Below, one piece after another: positions 18,770-29,555 of a DNA stretch of 64,000 nucleotides. The notes under the pieces are model-generated. The model was not told the DNA's origin, searched no databases, and saw only the letters and a list, made by a program, of their open reading frames with translations. The position numbers and the translations under genes were made by a program. Location of the stretch: positions 3,890 through 67,889 of IMG/VR virus record IMGVR_UViG_3300009400_000005. One strand, 5' to 3'. This stretch comes from a virus. Every line of letters starts with the position of its first letter. Within the stretch, counting starts at the first letter, position 1.

Positions 18770-19900
18770 TTATGCCGCCAGTGAGCGGTAGGTCGCTCGG
18801 GTATCGACCGGCGCTGCACCGAAATCGGATTCAACGATGAACTCGAGTGCTCGGAAGTCCCAACTGTAGGGGTCTTCGCTGGCGCTCATCGCGTCGCGGA
18901 TCTGCGGCTGGCGCATTCCGATGAACGGCTCCTCGTCACCATCCAGGAACGCCATCGTGAACGCCGCCTGCTGATCGGGGTTCGCGAACAGATACCACGC
19001 GTGAGGACTCGTGAAATACGTGTCGACGACCACGCCGCCGGGCAGGAAGCCACCGTTCGACAGCGGGTTGATGTTACCCGCAGCCATCTGACCGGGTGCC
19101 ATCGCCGCAGTGTCGGTGCGAATACCGGTGATCTGCGAGTTCAGGATCCGGCGGGCAACCGCGGCCATCCGCTCGTTCTGCACCACCAAGGTGTAAGCGC
19201 TGATGTTGATCGGCCGGCCGTCGTCGTCGCGCTGGCTCTGCATCCACACGATGCCGTCGAGCAGCGAATCCTCCGACAGGAACGCGGTCGCGTCATTGCC
19301 GGCCACGCCGCCGTTACTGGGGCGACTGGAAGAGTAGATCGGCAGGCCGTCCGCCGCGACAGGGTTCGCGAGAACCAGCGCGATGATTGTCTGCTGCATG
19401 AACACGCCCATCGCGTAGCCCATGTCGTCCGGGATCCGGCTGACGAGCTGGTTCGTGTCGTCGTTACGGATCGCCTGACGGGTGATTGCGTACTCCGCGC
19501 CGTAAGTGTCGACCAGCACCGACGCTTCGGGCCGGAAGCTGCGGCGCATCAGGGGACGCTCGCCGAGCTCCCCGACGTAGCCGATGCCCTGCATGCCGTT
19601 GAAACCCCGGAGCCGGTTCTCGCGGAAATCCTGGTTTGACGTCTTGGAGGCGTAACGCTTCCAGTTGAACGCCGCGCGGTTGTAGCCCTGGTAGAAGCTG
19701 TGGCGGACCGTCCCGTACAGGAATGTCGCGAAGTCCGCGCGCGTGTCCGGCGATGCTTCGAGGAGCAGCTTGCTGGCTTCGGCGTTGCCGCCGTCCGCGG
19801 CCTCTTTCAGTTCGAGAACCTCGTCGCGCCAGTCCTTGTAGATCTCGAGCGTCTTGTTGGGACCGCCCCAGCGACCCCAGTCTGAGTTCATGCGGGCCAT
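18770..19900 (-). CDS. Major capsid protein (Mu gpT-like, HK97 fold)
   Basis: VGELGE, TYGAEYAITRQAIRNDD, MQSQRDDDGRPINI, AWYLFANP, AFLDGDEEP, DFGAAPVDTRA motifs. Confidence 0.9.
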   Translation of the reverse strand: MARMNSDWGRWGGPNKTLEIYKDWRDEVLELKEAADGGNAEASKLLLEASPDTRADFATFLYGTVRHSFYQGYNRAAFNWKRYASKTSNQDFRENRLRGFNGMQGIGYVGELGERPLMRRSFRPEASVLVDTYGAEYAITRQAIRNDDTNQLVSRIPDDMGYAMGVFMQQTIIALVLANPVAADGLPIYSSSRPSNGGVAGNDATAFLSEDSLLDGIVWMQSQRDDDGRPINISAYTLVVQNERMAAVARRILNSQITGIRTDTAAMAPGQMAAGNINPLSNGGFLPGGVVVDTYFTSPHAWYLFANPDQQAAFTMAFLDGDEEPFIGMRQPQIRDAMSASEDPYSWDFRALEFIVESDFGAAPVDTRATYRSLAA

Positions 19901-20331
19901 TAGGGCAGGTTGTCCTTGGAGTCGAGATCGACGGCCATCGTGCCGCCAGCCGGGATCGTCGGGTAGACGCCCGCGGACGATCCGGCGGAAGGCATCCCGA
20001 GCTTGCCGGGAAGACGTGAGATGCGACCGACCTTGACCTGGCCGGCGCCGGGAGCGCCGAGCACTACTGCGCCGGTCGTGGTGTTGATCGCGACGGGCTG
20101 GCCGACGGTCGCGCCGCCGATAGCGGGCACTTCAACCTCGCCCTTAGTGGTCAGGAAGAACGGTTCGGTGACAACGATCGTGGTCAGCGCTGAGCGGGCG
20201 GTGTTGATCGTGGTTGCCTGCTGCTTGACGGCCGTGCCGACATAGCCCGACTCGACGGTCAGATCGCCGTGGTTGCACTGGCGGGTGCAGGTGACGTAAA
20301 CGCCGCGGCGGCGTGGTGCCGAATAGGGCAT
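19900..20331 (-). CDS. Capsid decoration/cement protein (DUF2190-like)
   Basis: GYVGTAVK, ATVGQPVAI, KVGRI; between protease and MCP. Confidence 0.7.
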   Translation of the reverse strand: MPYSAPRRRGVYVTCTRQCNHGDLTVESGYVGTAVKQQATTINTARSALTTIVVTEPFFLTTKGEVEVPAIGGATVGQPVAINTTTGAVVLGAPGAGQVKVGRISRLPGKLGMPSAGSSAGVYPTIPAGGTMAVDLDSKDNLP

Positions 20332-21630
20332 CTAGTCCTCCAGCCTTCCCGAGTTCATCTTGCTCATCGCGCCAACGTCCACGCCGGCTGCGGCGAGCTG
20401 GTCGCGCCAGCCGCCCTTGCGAGGCTGCGGCACCGTCGGCTCGTCAGCATCGACGCCGGTGGCGCCCTGGCCGTGCACGCGAGTGGGGCGTGCTTCGGCG
20501 AGCTTGAGCCGTTCGCGCTTGATGTCCTCCGCGAGGGCCTCTTCGAGGACCTTCTTGGCGGACTTCACGATTCGGCGGTCGTCACCGGCACCCTCGTACT
20601 CGGCCTGAACGTCGAGTGACGGGCGGGCGGTGACGGTACCATCGTCGGACTCTTCGAGCCCGTAACGCAGGTTGAGATCCTCAACGAACGAGGACGGAAG
20701 CTTGGAGTCGCTGATCACGTCGCGGGCGATGCGGTGAAGGTCGCGAAGCTCGACCTGGCGGCGGGGGACCATTCCGGATTCGATCAGCGTGCGGTGATCT
20801 TCGAGACGTTCCTGCACTCGGGATTCCACCAGTTCGCTCATCGTGTTCTTGAACTCGTCCGAGGCGAACACGTCAGCGAGAGTGACGGCCTTCGGCGGTT
20901 CGGGAGTGGGAGTCGGGTCGGGCACGATTTCGGTTACAGGCTCGGGTGTGGATTCGAGGAGGTGGGGGCGATGCTCGCGCATGTGGTGAAGGAGTTCCTG
21001 GTCGGGAATCTCTTCGAGCGCGTGGTCAGCATCAACATGATTCTCAGAGTAACCGGACTCCAATAGCGCAAGTACACGCCCGCCGGCGCCGGCGCTGGTG
21101 ACAACGTCAACGGATCCTTCTTCGGCGGCGTCGATACCTTCGCAGATCTCTGCGGGCTGACCGTTGTAGTTGCCGCGCTTCAGGTTCGTTGCGTACGCCT
21201 TGATCGACAGTTTCAGGCTGTTGGGCACCGATTCGATGAGTGACCGCATCAACGGGGTGGGTGACATTTTGCCCATGACGGCGCCGGGTTCGAAGCCGGT
21301 CGCGTCGTCGGTCGGTTCGATGTACGTGGGGTCGAACCACGTTTCGCGCAGTTCGCCGGCGAGCTCGCCGGGGCCGCGGGGAATGGTGCCGCGCGCTTTG
21401 CGAGCAGCGGGTGACTCGTGGTTCTCGAACATTGGCCAGCCGGTGAAAATGCCGGCGTCGCGCTCGAGTACGTCGCGGGGGTAGACGCGTCGGCCTTTGC
21501 CGCGCGCTCGGCCGGGGCGCATGACGACGGTGGTGACGGTTCCGTCGGCGTTGAACGGTCCGTCACCGTCTGACTCTTGGAGAAGTAGCGGACTGACTTC
21601 GTGAATGAGCGTGGCGGCGGTCTTAGCCAT
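20332..21630 (-). CDS. Prohead protease/scaffold protein
   Basis: VMRPG...RVYPRDVL...FENH...LSIKA...SVDVVTSAGAGGRVL protease domain plus coiled C-terminal scaffold; leaderless TAGCCT-7nt-ATG. Confidence 0.85.
   Translation of the reverse strand: MAKTAATLIHEVSPLLLQESDGDGPFNADGTVTTVVMRPGRARGKGRRVYPRDVLERDAGIFTGWPMFENHESPAARKARGTIPRGPGELAGELRETWFDPTYIEPTDDATGFEPGAVMGKMSPTPLMRSLIESVPNSLKLSIKAYATNLKRGNYNGQPAEICEGIDAAEEGSVDVVTSAGAGGRVLALLESGYSENHVDADHALEEIPDQELLHHMREHRPHLLESTPEPVTEIVPDPTPTPEPPKAVTLADVFASDEFKNTMSELVESRVQERLEDHRTLIESGMVPRRQVELRDLHRIARDVISDSKLPSSFVEDLNLRYGLEESDDGTVTARPSLDVQAEYEGAGDDRRIVKSAKKVLEEALAEDIKRERLKLAEARPTRVHGQGATGVDADEPTVPQPRKGGWRDQLAAAGVDVGAMSKMNSGRLED
21039..21079. repeat. 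Exact 41-bp direct repeat, copy 2 (inside protease gene; candidate internal promoter)
   Basis: Identical to 14567-14607; encodes RVLALLESGYSEN at the protease/scaffold boundary. Confidence 0.95.
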
Positions 21631-21647
21631 TGCAGTAAGGCTAACCG

Positions 21648-21986
21648 TTAGAACGGCGCGGCGGTCACCGTGAACGACTGGGGCGCCGATACGGCTGACA
21701 CGGTGCCGGTACCGCGCGTGTAATACTGCCACGTTCCGACGGTGTCTGTGGTCACGGTCGCGTGATACTGGCCCTGCTGGTCGCGGACGACCGCGCTGCC
21801 CGACAGGACCGTCGCGGACGGAGCGCCGGGTTTCATGACCGAGAATGTGACGGTTGTCGGATCGACCCAGTAGTTAGGGTCGCTCGCGACCAGCGCGTTG
21901 TTGGAGAACTCCGCGAGGAGGCTTACGTTGTTGCCGATGACGTAACTGTTCACCGGATCACTCGCGGTCGGTGGCGCATGAACCAA
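21648..21986 (-). CDS. Small Ig-like virion protein (putative)
   Basis: VDPTTVTFSVMKP...GQYHATV...GTWQYYTRGTG beta-sandwich pattern. Confidence 0.6.
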   Translation of the reverse strand: MVHAPPTASDPVNSYVIGNNVSLLAEFSNNALVASDPNYWVDPTTVTFSVMKPGAPSATVLSGSAVVRDQQGQYHATVTTDTVGTWQYYTRGTGTVSAVSAPQSFTVTAAPF

Positions 21987-22101
21987 TCATAAGTCGATCA
22001 GTGACGCCAACCGCACCGTGCTGCTGATCACCGCTAGTGGTTGTCCACGAGGTCCGGTCCGTGAGACTCGTCGCTGGGCGTGACCTTGACGTTCGGGACG
22101 G

Positions 22102-22488
22102 TCACCGCGAGATCCTGATGGTCGTACCGGACGCGCGCGCTCCACCGCTCGAAGCGACGAGAAGCACCTTGAGACGCTGCCCGCGCAACCCTCGCGGAAT
22201 CGTGAACACAAGCTGGCCGCGAGCCTGAGCGATGATCTGACAGGACGACTGCAGCGTGGGACAGCGCGTCCAGATGATGCTCGCCGTCGAGGGAACAAGG
22301 CCGCCGTTGACGGTGACCTTCCCACCGACCTTGACCGTCCCGGAAATGATCGGCTGATGCGCGACCGGCACGACCAGCCGCGGCAGCGGCCGAGGCGGCT
22401 GCGGGCGCGGGGTAGCGCGCTTATGCGACGTGCCGCCACACCCCGCAACGACAAGAACAGCCGCGAGCGCCAGCAGGATACGTCTCAT
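22102..22488 (-). CDS. Putative lipoprotein with partial Ig-like domain
   Basis: MRRILLALAAVLVVAG-C lipobox; PIISGTVKVG...WTRC...CQII. Confidence 0.6.
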   Translation of the reverse strand: MRRILLALAAVLVVAGCGGTSHKRATPRPQPPRPLPRLVVPVAHQPIISGTVKVGGKVTVNGGLVPSTASIIWTRCPTLQSSCQIIAQARGQLVFTIPRGLRGQRLKVLLVASSGGARASGTTIRISR

Positions 22489-24818
22489 GGGGTGCCGCTC
22501 CCGTCCCACAATCCCCAGCTCGTCAAAGAGCTATTGCCGACCGTGTAGTTATGCGCGCTCTGACTCGTATAGGTCGGGTTGACCGTCAGCGTCGAAGTGA
22601 ACGTCGCTGCACCCGGACAGCCCGAACCCAATGTGCCACCAGAATTGCTGAAGGAGTCGTTGTTGCTCACCGTCGCCGCCTGCCCGCCGCAGAACGCGAA
22701 CGCGCCCGCATAGCTGCTCCCGGCGTCTGCCGAGACGATCCCCGTTGAGTTCGAGACTACGTTGTGAGTGATCGAGCTGCCGGTCCCGCTGCTGTACAGC
22801 GACATCCCAGCTCCAACGGTGTCGATCACGTTTGAGTAGATGTTCGTGTTGCTCGGCGACGGGTATAGCTGGATGCCGTAGCCATGCGCGTTATTCCACA
22901 TCCAGTTGTCGTAAATCTGACCGCTGGCGCCGTGCGAAACATAGATGTTGGGATCGAAAGCGTCGCAGGAACCGACGTCGTGAATCTTGTTGTAAGCGAT
23001 GACGGTGTTGTCGCCATAGCCCGCGCCGTTGAACCCCACCCCGATGCCCTGGCCGGCCTGATTCGACGGCGCTGCCACCGAGCTGTAGATGTTGTCGTGG
23101 ATGATGGTGTCGTTGCTGCCCTCCACCTCCAATGCTTGAGCACCGGCACCGCCAGGGGCGCAACTAGCGTTCTGCCCAGTGAAGCTACTCTGCGGGTAGA
23201 AGGTGTTTTTGATGTCGATCTTCAGTCCGGTGAGCGTCACGTAATTGGCGTGATCGATGATCGTCCACCCCACTACTATGGGCGTGGTCGCAGCCCCGGG
23301 CGTGGCGGTGAGCGTAATCGGATTGCCGCTCGTGCCGCTGGCAGTCAGGTCGTTGTAGGTGGTGATCCCGCCGTAGGTGCCGGCGTTCAGGCAGCCTGTC
23401 TGACCGGCGGTCAGCGACGTTTCCAGTTTCTGCACCGTCGCGTACGGAGCGCCGCTCGTCCCAGCCGCAGCGTCAGAGCCCGACGGAGCAGCGTACTTGT
23501 TGCAGCTCGACGCATTTGAGGTGACAGCCGGCGTGCATGACGAGTAGTCAGCCGTCGAACCGTACGCGTTCGTGGCGGTGACGATCACGTAGAGCTGAAA
23601 GCCGGTGTCGCCGGAAACCAGCGTGTAGCTATTGTTGGTCGCGCCGGTGATGCGCGTGCCTGCGCCCGGGCCGCACGGATTCTGCTCAGTCCACTGATAC
23701 GAGTAGGACGTCGGCGAACCAGTCCAGGTGCCCGTCGTTGTCGTCAACGTACTGCCGACGACCGTCGAGCCGCTCACGACAGGATCCAGCGTGACGGTCG
23801 GCGGAGAACCCCCCGCAACCAGCGCGGTCACCGAACTGAACGATTGTCCGCTAGTCCCGAACGCGTTGGTCGCGGTCACGCCAACCTGAACGTAGAAGCC
23901 CACGTCGCTGCTCGTGACCGTGTACGTCGACGCGGTAGCGCCCGAGATCGCCGCGCAGCTCGTGGCAGCGGCATTGCAGTCCTGCCACACGTAGCTGTAG
24001 GACGTCGGACTGTCTGTCCACGTGCCGGTCGTAGAGGTCAGCGTGCTGCTGACCGTCGCAGCGCCCGAGACCGACGGAACGGCCGTGTTGCTGGGTGGAG
24101 GGCCCGTGACCTGTCCCGACACCGTGGAGAAAGAAAGGGCGCTCGTCCCCGACGCGTTCGTTGCCGCTACCCCTACCCGCACGTAGTTTCCGATGTCCCC
24201 GGAAACCAGCGTGTACGCGCTCAGTGTCGCGCCAGAGATGCTGGTGCAACCCGTCCCACCAGAGCCAGTACACCGCTGCCACACATAGCTGTAGGAAGTC
24301 GGCGAGCCCGTCCACGAGCCATTCGTAGCGGTCAACACGCTGCCCGAAATGGCGGTGCCCGAAACTGACGGCGCGACCGTGTTAGACGGGGCTGTCCCAG
24401 CGGTAGAGACCAGCCCCGACACGCTCGAGAACGAGAAGCCGCTCGTCCCAGATGCGTTTGACGCTGCGACCCCCACCCGGACATAGCCACCGGCATCGGC
24501 TGAAACGAGCGTGTACGTGCTGCTCGTCGCACCCGCGATACTCGAGCAGCCAGTCCCGCCGGATCCGCTGCAGCGCTGCCACACGTAGGCGAAACTGGTC
24601 GGCGAATTGGTCCACGTGCCCGTTGTCGCGGTGAACAGCTCCCCGATCGTCGGGGCTGCGAAGCTACCAAATCGTCCGCTCGAACCCGCGTGCGTATGCG
24701 TCAGTTGCGGGCGCGTTCGCGACGCTGGCCGCGTGGCCGCGAAAGCCGACCCGGCACCCCACACCAGCAAGAGTGCGGCGACACAGACGATCAGCCACCG
24801 TGAGACTTTGCCGCTCAC
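22485..24818 (-). CDS. Secreted protein: 4 Ig-like repeats plus right-handed beta-helix (pectin-lyase-like)
   Basis: Signal peptide ...GSAFA-A; four GTWTxSPTSYSYxWQxC repeats; parallel beta-helix repeats (IAYNKIHD, IYDNWMWNN, IYSNVID). Confidence 0.8.
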   Translation of the reverse strand: MSGKVSRWLIVCVAALLLVWGAGSAFAATRPASRTRPQLTHTHAGSSGRFGSFAAPTIGELFTATTGTWTNSPTSFAYVWQRCSGSGGTGCSSIAGATSSTYTLVSADAGGYVRVGVAASNASGTSGFSFSSVSGLVSTAGTAPSNTVAPSVSGTAISGSVLTATNGSWTGSPTSYSYVWQRCTGSGGTGCTSISGATLSAYTLVSGDIGNYVRVGVAATNASGTSALSFSTVSGQVTGPPPSNTAVPSVSGAATVSSTLTSTTGTWTDSPTSYSYVWQDCNAAATSCAAISGATASTYTVTSSDVGFYVQVGVTATNAFGTSGQSFSSVTALVAGGSPPTVTLDPVVSGSTVVGSTLTTTTGTWTGSPTSYSYQWTEQNPCGPGAGTRITGATNNSYTLVSGDTGFQLYVIVTATNAYGSTADYSSCTPAVTSNASSCNKYAAPSGSDAAAGTSGAPYATVQKLETSLTAGQTGCLNAGTYGGITTYNDLTASGTSGNPITLTATPGAATTPIVVGWTIIDHANYVTLTGLKIDIKNTFYPQSSFTGQNASCAPGGAGAQALEVEGSNDTIIHDNIYSSVAAPSNQAGQGIGVGFNGAGYGDNTVIAYNKIHDVGSCDAFDPNIYVSHGASGQIYDNWMWNNAHGYGIQLYPSPSNTNIYSNVIDTVGAGMSLYSSGTGSSITHNVVSNSTGIVSADAGSSYAGAFAFCGGQAATVSNNDSFSNSGGTLGSGCPGAATFTSTLTVNPTYTSQSAHNYTVGNSSLTSWGLWDGSGTP

Positions 24819-24828
24819 AGTCGCCCAC

Positions 24829-25338
24829 CTAGCTTCGTAGTTCAGTCCAGCCCGCGTCAGTCACCGTGTAGTGACCGGCATCCTCTTCCACGAGGCCCTC
24901 ATCCTCGAGGCGCTGCAAATGCTCGAGCACCAGTTGCGCGGACTGCGCGGTCGTAGCGCCGTCGGTGTCGAGCTTCGCGTTCTCGCCAGCAGGATGCGTC
25001 GTGTTCCGGTCACGGACCAGCGCGTAGGTGAGCGCCGCGAGCGTGTTCCGGGGTCCAAGAGCGGTCAGGTCGACCTCGTCGGTGACATGCCCGAGGACTC
25101 GTCGTTCGACACTGGTCCGTGGGAACTTGACCGGCGGTAGCTCGGCGCCCGGGCCGCCTCCGACCGTGACCTGAATGCCCTGCAAGGCGTCGAGGGCGGC
25201 GACAGCAGCGTCGACGGGATCGTTGCCCGCGGCATCGGCCGCGGCAGCGACCACTTCGGCGGGGTCGAGTTCGGGAGCGTTCCCGGCGGAAGGCTCGAGG
25301 TTGACGGGGGTGGTTTCGATGTTCTCGTCGTCAGCCAT
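24829..25338 (-). CDS. Hypothetical protein with C-terminal winged-helix-like segment
   Basis: VLEHLQRLEDEGLVEEDAGHYTVTDAG; TAATG overlap with upstream gene. Confidence 0.55.
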   Translation of the reverse strand: MADDENIETTPVNLEPSAGNAPELDPAEVVAAAADAAGNDPVDAAVAALDALQGIQVTVGGGPGAELPPVKFPRTSVERRVLGHVTDEVDLTALGPRNTLAALTYALVRDRNTTHPAGENAKLDTDGATTAQSAQLVLEHLQRLEDEGLVEEDAGHYTVTDAGWTELRS

Positions 25339-25973
25339 TAGGAACCCGTTAGGCTCAGAGACATGGCAGCGCTGGCGACTGTCGCGGGGGTCTGAGTCTG
25401 GGAGATCACTGTGCTCGATAGCGTCCCGAACCACAGGGCGTTACCAGCGGCGGTTGTCGCGGAGTCGGCGATCATGAAGCCGAGCAAGGTGCTTGATCCC
25501 GACGTGCATGCCGCGAAGGTGATGTTTCCTGCGTTCGTCGACACAGACGGCGTGGCCGATGTGGCGGCGTTGAACCCTGAGCCCGCAATGGTCTGACGCC
25601 CGTATCCGCCGTACGTGGCTTCGACGACGGTGGCTCCGGTCGTCGTGGAAGTTGGTGCTGTGGTCGCGAGCGCGAGCGCGACGGTAGCGGGCATGGTGAA
25701 CGCGGTCTTTCCGTCGATGTGGTCGATCAGGTGACTCATCCCGTACTGGGAGACGCCGGAAGTGATCGCGGTCGAGACGCCGGAGTCCACTAGGGCCTGT
25801 TGCATCTCGGCCCATCTTGTGCGCTCGAGAATACCGAGCTTCGCCACGTCCTTCAGAACGTCAACGTGCCTGGCGATCGCGGTGAGACGCTCGTCCATCC
25901 ACCGCTTCCCGTATTCGGTGAGCCGTGCGGGCTCGGGTTCGAGGTAGACCGCCTGGCACTGTTCGGCTCGCAT
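25338..25973 (-). CDS. Minor tail/fibre-associated protein
   Basis: VALALATTAP...EATYGGYGRQTI...NAGNITF...DSATTAAGNALWFGTL, a common actinophage minor structural pattern; leaderless TACGAT-7nt-ATG. Confidence 0.65.
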   Translation of the reverse strand: MRAEQCQAVYLEPEPARLTEYGKRWMDERLTAIARHVDVLKDVAKLGILERTRWAEMQQALVDSGVSTAITSGVSQYGMSHLIDHIDGKTAFTMPATVALALATTAPTSTTTGATVVEATYGGYGRQTIAGSGFNAATSATPSVSTNAGNITFAACTSGSSTLLGFMIADSATTAAGNALWFGTLSSTVISQTQTPATVASAAMSLSLTGS

Positions 25974-26037
25974 GACTCTCATCGTAACCGGACACCGAGC
26001 CCGCTAGTCAGCGTCACAGACCGGGAGAGAAACCTAT

Positions 26038-27003
26038 CTACGACACAATCCACGCGAGCTTGCCCACGTCGTGCTCTGTCAGCCACAGGAAGCCATCAAT
26101 TCCCTGGACGATCTTGTCCGGTCCCGAGGACGCGGTTGGCAACGTCACGGTGGACGTAGTCGCAGGCGAGCCGGTGGGGAACTTCACTAGCTTGTTGGAG
26201 GCGTGCTCGGAGTACCAGACGTTCCCGTTCGTGTCCGCCCATATGCCGCGAGGGCTTGCACTCGTCCCATCCGGTGCCGTCCACGTCGAAACCGTGCCCG
26301 ACGGCAGGAGAAGCTGACCGTACTTGCCCGCAATCTCAGCGGTGAAATAGATGTTCCCATCGCCGCCAGGAACCACGGAAAAGGGGGCCATCCCAACCGA
26401 GAACTCGGTAAACGTCGATGTTGCGGGGTTGAAGTACGCAACCTTGTTCGCCGAACCCAATTGTTCGGCGAACCAGAGGACCGTGTTGCCGTTGCCGTCC
26501 GGTCCGCTGTTGAGGCCGTGGCAGCCGCCCCCAGTGGTGGGACTGTTGTAAACGGTCAGCGTCACGCCAGCCGTGCTGACCTTCGCCAGATGGCTGCCGC
26601 CGTTGTTCGCGACATACAGGTTGCCATCCGAGCCGGGTCTCACCCCGGCGATGTCGGTAATGGTCGAGACGAGATAGCTACCCAAAATCGTTCCGTCGCT
26701 CGGACGAATCTTGTAGAGCGTCTTGGTGCTGCTATCGCCGATCCAAATGTTGCCGTCAGGACCAGCGCAGACGCCGCCAAAGTTGTCTCCGACCGCACCG
26801 ACAGGGTACTGACTGATAACGCCAGCCGGTGTGACGGCGATCACGACCGGCTGGACGCCGGTGTAGTTCTCGACTCCCGCCCAGATTCGCCCGTCTGGCC
26901 CCATGCAGAGCGCTGAGACGTTCGCGCCTCCCGTCACACCCGGAATCGTGATTTCCCTGATCGTGTTAGATGGCGGCAGGCACTTGAAGGTGGCCGAGCC
27001 CAT
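26038..27003 (-). CDS. Virginiamycin B lyase (Vgb)-like beta-propeller
   Basis: Repeated GPDGRIW, GPDGNIW, GSDGNLY, GGDGNIYF, DTNGNVWY, GIDGFLW blades. Confidence 0.8.
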   Translation of the reverse strand: MGSATFKCLPPSNTIREITIPGVTGGANVSALCMGPDGRIWAGVENYTGVQPVVIAVTPAGVISQYPVGAVGDNFGGVCAGPDGNIWIGDSSTKTLYKIRPSDGTILGSYLVSTITDIAGVRPGSDGNLYVANNGGSHLAKVSTAGVTLTVYNSPTTGGGCHGLNSGPDGNGNTVLWFAEQLGSANKVAYFNPATSTFTEFSVGMAPFSVVPGGDGNIYFTAEIAGKYGQLLLPSGTVSTWTAPDGTSASPRGIWADTNGNVWYSEHASNKLVKFPTGSPATTSTVTLPTASSGPDKIVQGIDGFLWLTEHDVGKLAWIVS

Positions 27004-28256
27004 TACGTGTGAACTTGGGTTGCTCTCAGCATCGATCCGGCCTTGACTGTCAGCGACCCCGCGTCAGACGTATTCTGGGCGTACTGGAGCTGTATCGCGC
27101 CTGCCGTACCGCCACCCAGGATGACGGCGTTCAGGATGTAGCCGACATTGCCTGATGCCGGGGTGCCGAGCGGCATGGTGGTGGCCAAGGACAAGAGGTT
27201 GAAGGGGGTGACTGTCGGGTTGGCGCCCGTCCATCCATTCTGTGCTGCTGTGGACCAGTATCCAGTGCAGCCAGCAGGGATCGTGAAACCAAACTTGATG
27301 TCCTCTGTGGTGCTTGTCGCAGTGACGATTATCCACCATTCGGCAAGCCAAATCTCTGTCGCGCTTGAGCCGATGCTGTACGCCAAGCCCGTAACGTTCG
27401 TGAGGGTCGTTGACGCGGTGAGCGCCGCCAAGTCCGCCGAGAGGACACCAAGGGTCGGACCGGTGCCAGCGCCGCTCTGATTGGCCCACTTCACGCCTGT
27501 CGTCTGGGTGCTGTCAGCAACCAGAGCCTGAGTGTCCGTGCCGACAGGAACGCGAGCCACGAGACCCGCGGCGGTTGCGACCACCAGATCGCCCTTGGTG
27601 GTGACGACGTTTCTCGCCAGCGTAGGATCATTAGACCCGACAGCAATTGGCGTGGAAGCCGACGCTGGTGCGGTAGCGAGTCGGACCGCGCCCTTGAGCG
27701 TAGTGGAGGCGTCAGGCGTATTGAGTAGCGTGACCGCCACGTTGTTGCCGGTGGAGTCCTGACATTCGATCAGCACCTCGCTGGTCGCTGACGCCGAAGC
27801 GAGGATCGGAACGACGGTGCTATTGCCGTTGACGCTGACAGTCAGCGTCCGTCCGCCTGTTGCGTCCTGCTGAACTAGGAGCCGGGCGGTCGCACCAGCC
27901 GGATATGCCGACAGGGTGACGGTCAGATTGGCGGTCAATAGTCCGGTCAGCCACTGCGGGGTGCCGACGACAAGCGCCAGCGACTGTGACGCGCCGAGGG
28001 AGGTTCCCGGCACACCGGTAACGGTCGGAGCTGACGACCCTCCGCCACCACCCGCTGGGCCTGTAGCTCCTGTCGTTCCCGCCGGGCCCGTCGCCCCGGT
28101 CGGGCCCGTGGCGCCCGATGCGCCCGCGCCGGTAGGTCCGGTCGGCCCGGTAACACCGGCCGGCCCGAACGGTCCCGTAGCGCCCGTCGGGCCCATCGGG
28201 CCCGTAGCGCCCGGAGCGCCACCTCCACCGCCACCCTGTGAAATTCGGATCGTCAT
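27003..28256 (-). CDS. Collagen-repeat tail fibre-like protein
   Basis: (GPT/GAT)n repeats; [36 protein letters not shown] fibre motifs. Confidence 0.75.
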   Translation of the reverse strand: MTIRISQGGGGGGAPGATGPMGPTGATGPFGPAGVTGPTGPTGAGASGATGPTGATGPAGTTGATGPAGGGGGSSAPTVTGVPGTSLGASQSLALVVGTPQWLTGLLTANLTVTLSAYPAGATARLLVQQDATGGRTLTVSVNGNSTVVPILASASATSEVLIECQDSTGNNVAVTLLNTPDASTTLKGAVRLATAPASASTPIAVGSNDPTLARNVVTTKGDLVVATAAGLVARVPVGTDTQALVADSTQTTGVKWANQSGAGTGPTLGVLSADLAALTASTTLTNVTGLAYSIGSSATEIWLAEWWIIVTATSTTEDIKFGFTIPAGCTGYWSTAAQNGWTGANPTVTPFNLLSLATTMPLGTPASGNVGYILNAVILGGGTAGAIQLQYAQNTSDAGSLTVKAGSMLRATQVHT

Positions 28257-28262
28257 CCGGTC

Positions 28263-29555
28263 CTAGGGGAACGTGCTTTCTACGGCAGCGAGTCCGGTGC
28301 CCTGCACGAAATTGTCGACCTTTACCGAAAACGGCGCGGTAACCGCCTGGGTATATGACTCCAGTGCATTCAGCACGGTCGCGAGACAGCAGCCCTTATT
28401 CACGTCGTATTGCACCGTTGGGATGCCGCTGATCGACGAGCCGGCATTCCAGGTGCTCGCGCCCTTGACCTTGTAGAACGTCTGGATCGACCCGGTAGGT
28501 CCGCTCGCCCAGGTGACACCCATGACAGCCTCGTTCCACGCGCCGTTGGTCAAATGGCCGGGCGGTATCACCCACTGAAACGGGATCGTGTTAGCTCCGT
28601 TGGTTTGTCCTGGGGTCTCGTGCGTTGTGCAGCCTGGCTGCGCCGACCCGGCGGGGTTGCACGCACCGGTCTGAAGCGCGATAGCAAGGCTATTGGCGGG
28701 CGAGCCAGAGGGCTGAAGCTGCCAAGATTCAGGGCTTGCCCAGATGTAATCGGTATGCCACTCGACGAGATTGTTGCCAATGAAGTCATTGTTGGGGGTC
28801 GTGAGACCTCCCGGTGGCACGTAGAACATCATTCCCTCATACTGCGTCGTCCCTAAAGCCTGTGGCTGTGCCGGAGTGTTGGCGTCGCACGCGGTCAACG
28901 TGTAGCCAGATGGTGTCGTCGGCAGATCGATTCTGACCGACGTTGACCCGGCCCCCGGATTGGTGGTGTCGTAGTTCCATGTCCCGCGATAGCGAGGGGG
29001 CTTGGACACCGTGCCGGTGTTCGAGCACTGCGGATTGGGGAACGGTGCCGGGGCGCTGGAGTCAAAGCCCGCCTGGAACGTGACGGCTCCCGAACTTCCC
29101 GTCACAGCACCCGTCAACGCCGAATTGGATGCCTGGGAGCGACCCCCCGCGTTAGACGCGGTGACCTGCACGCGAAGATACTTGCCGATATCGCCGGCAA
29201 CGATCGAATAGCTGCTCGCGCCAGACGGCGAGCCCGCAGCCGTTGAGCATGAGGTACCGGTCGAATCGCAGTCCTGCCACAGGTAGGTGTAGCTTGTCGG
29301 AGCGCCGTTCCAACCGCCTTGGGTGGTGGCCAGCACTTCGCCGACGGTCGGCACGGCAGCCGACCCGAACTTCGCGAGCGGCTTGACAGGAAGGTAAGGA
29401 CTCTGCGCCTTTACTGACAGGCGGGAGTGACCCCCGAACCCCAACACCACGGACGCTTGCGGGCCCTTGGCTGCGGTCGGGCGATGCGGATCACCACCGC
29501 CGCAGCCGACGAGCAGGACAGCGAAGACAATGACAGCAAGCGCGGTTCGTTTCAT
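28263..29555 (-). CDS. Putative lipoprotein: Ig-like domain plus polysaccharide-lyase-like jelly roll
   Basis: VLLVG-C lipobox; Ig repeat; YEGMMFYVP, NLVEWH, NGAWNEAVMGVTWASGPTGSIQTFYK. Confidence 0.65.
   Translation of the reverse strand: MKRTALAVIVFAVLLVGCGGGDPHRPTAAKGPQASVVLGFGGHSRLSVKAQSPYLPVKPLAKFGSAAVPTVGEVLATTQGGWNGAPTSYTYLWQDCDSTGTSCSTAAGSPSGASSYSIVAGDIGKYLRVQVTASNAGGRSQASNSALTGAVTGSSGAVTFQAGFDSSAPAPFPNPQCSNTGTVSKPPRYRGTWNYDTTNPGAGSTSVRIDLPTTPSGYTLTACDANTPAQPQALGTTQYEGMMFYVPPGGLTTPNNDFIGNNLVEWHTDYIWASPESWQLQPSGSPANSLAIALQTGACNPAGSAQPGCTTHETPGQTNGANTIPFQWVIPPGHLTNGAWNEAVMGVTWASGPTGSIQTFYKVKGASTWNAGSSISGIPTVQYDVNKGCCLATVLNALESYTQAVTAPFSVKVDNFVQGTGLAAVESTFP

Noticed and set aside
23700-24640. 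~300-bp repeated units as an array
   Set aside because: Diverged coding repeats of Ig-like domains
26038-27003. Antibiotic resistance gene vgb
   Set aside because: Only the propeller fold is evident; context among fibre genes suggests an adhesin or structural role
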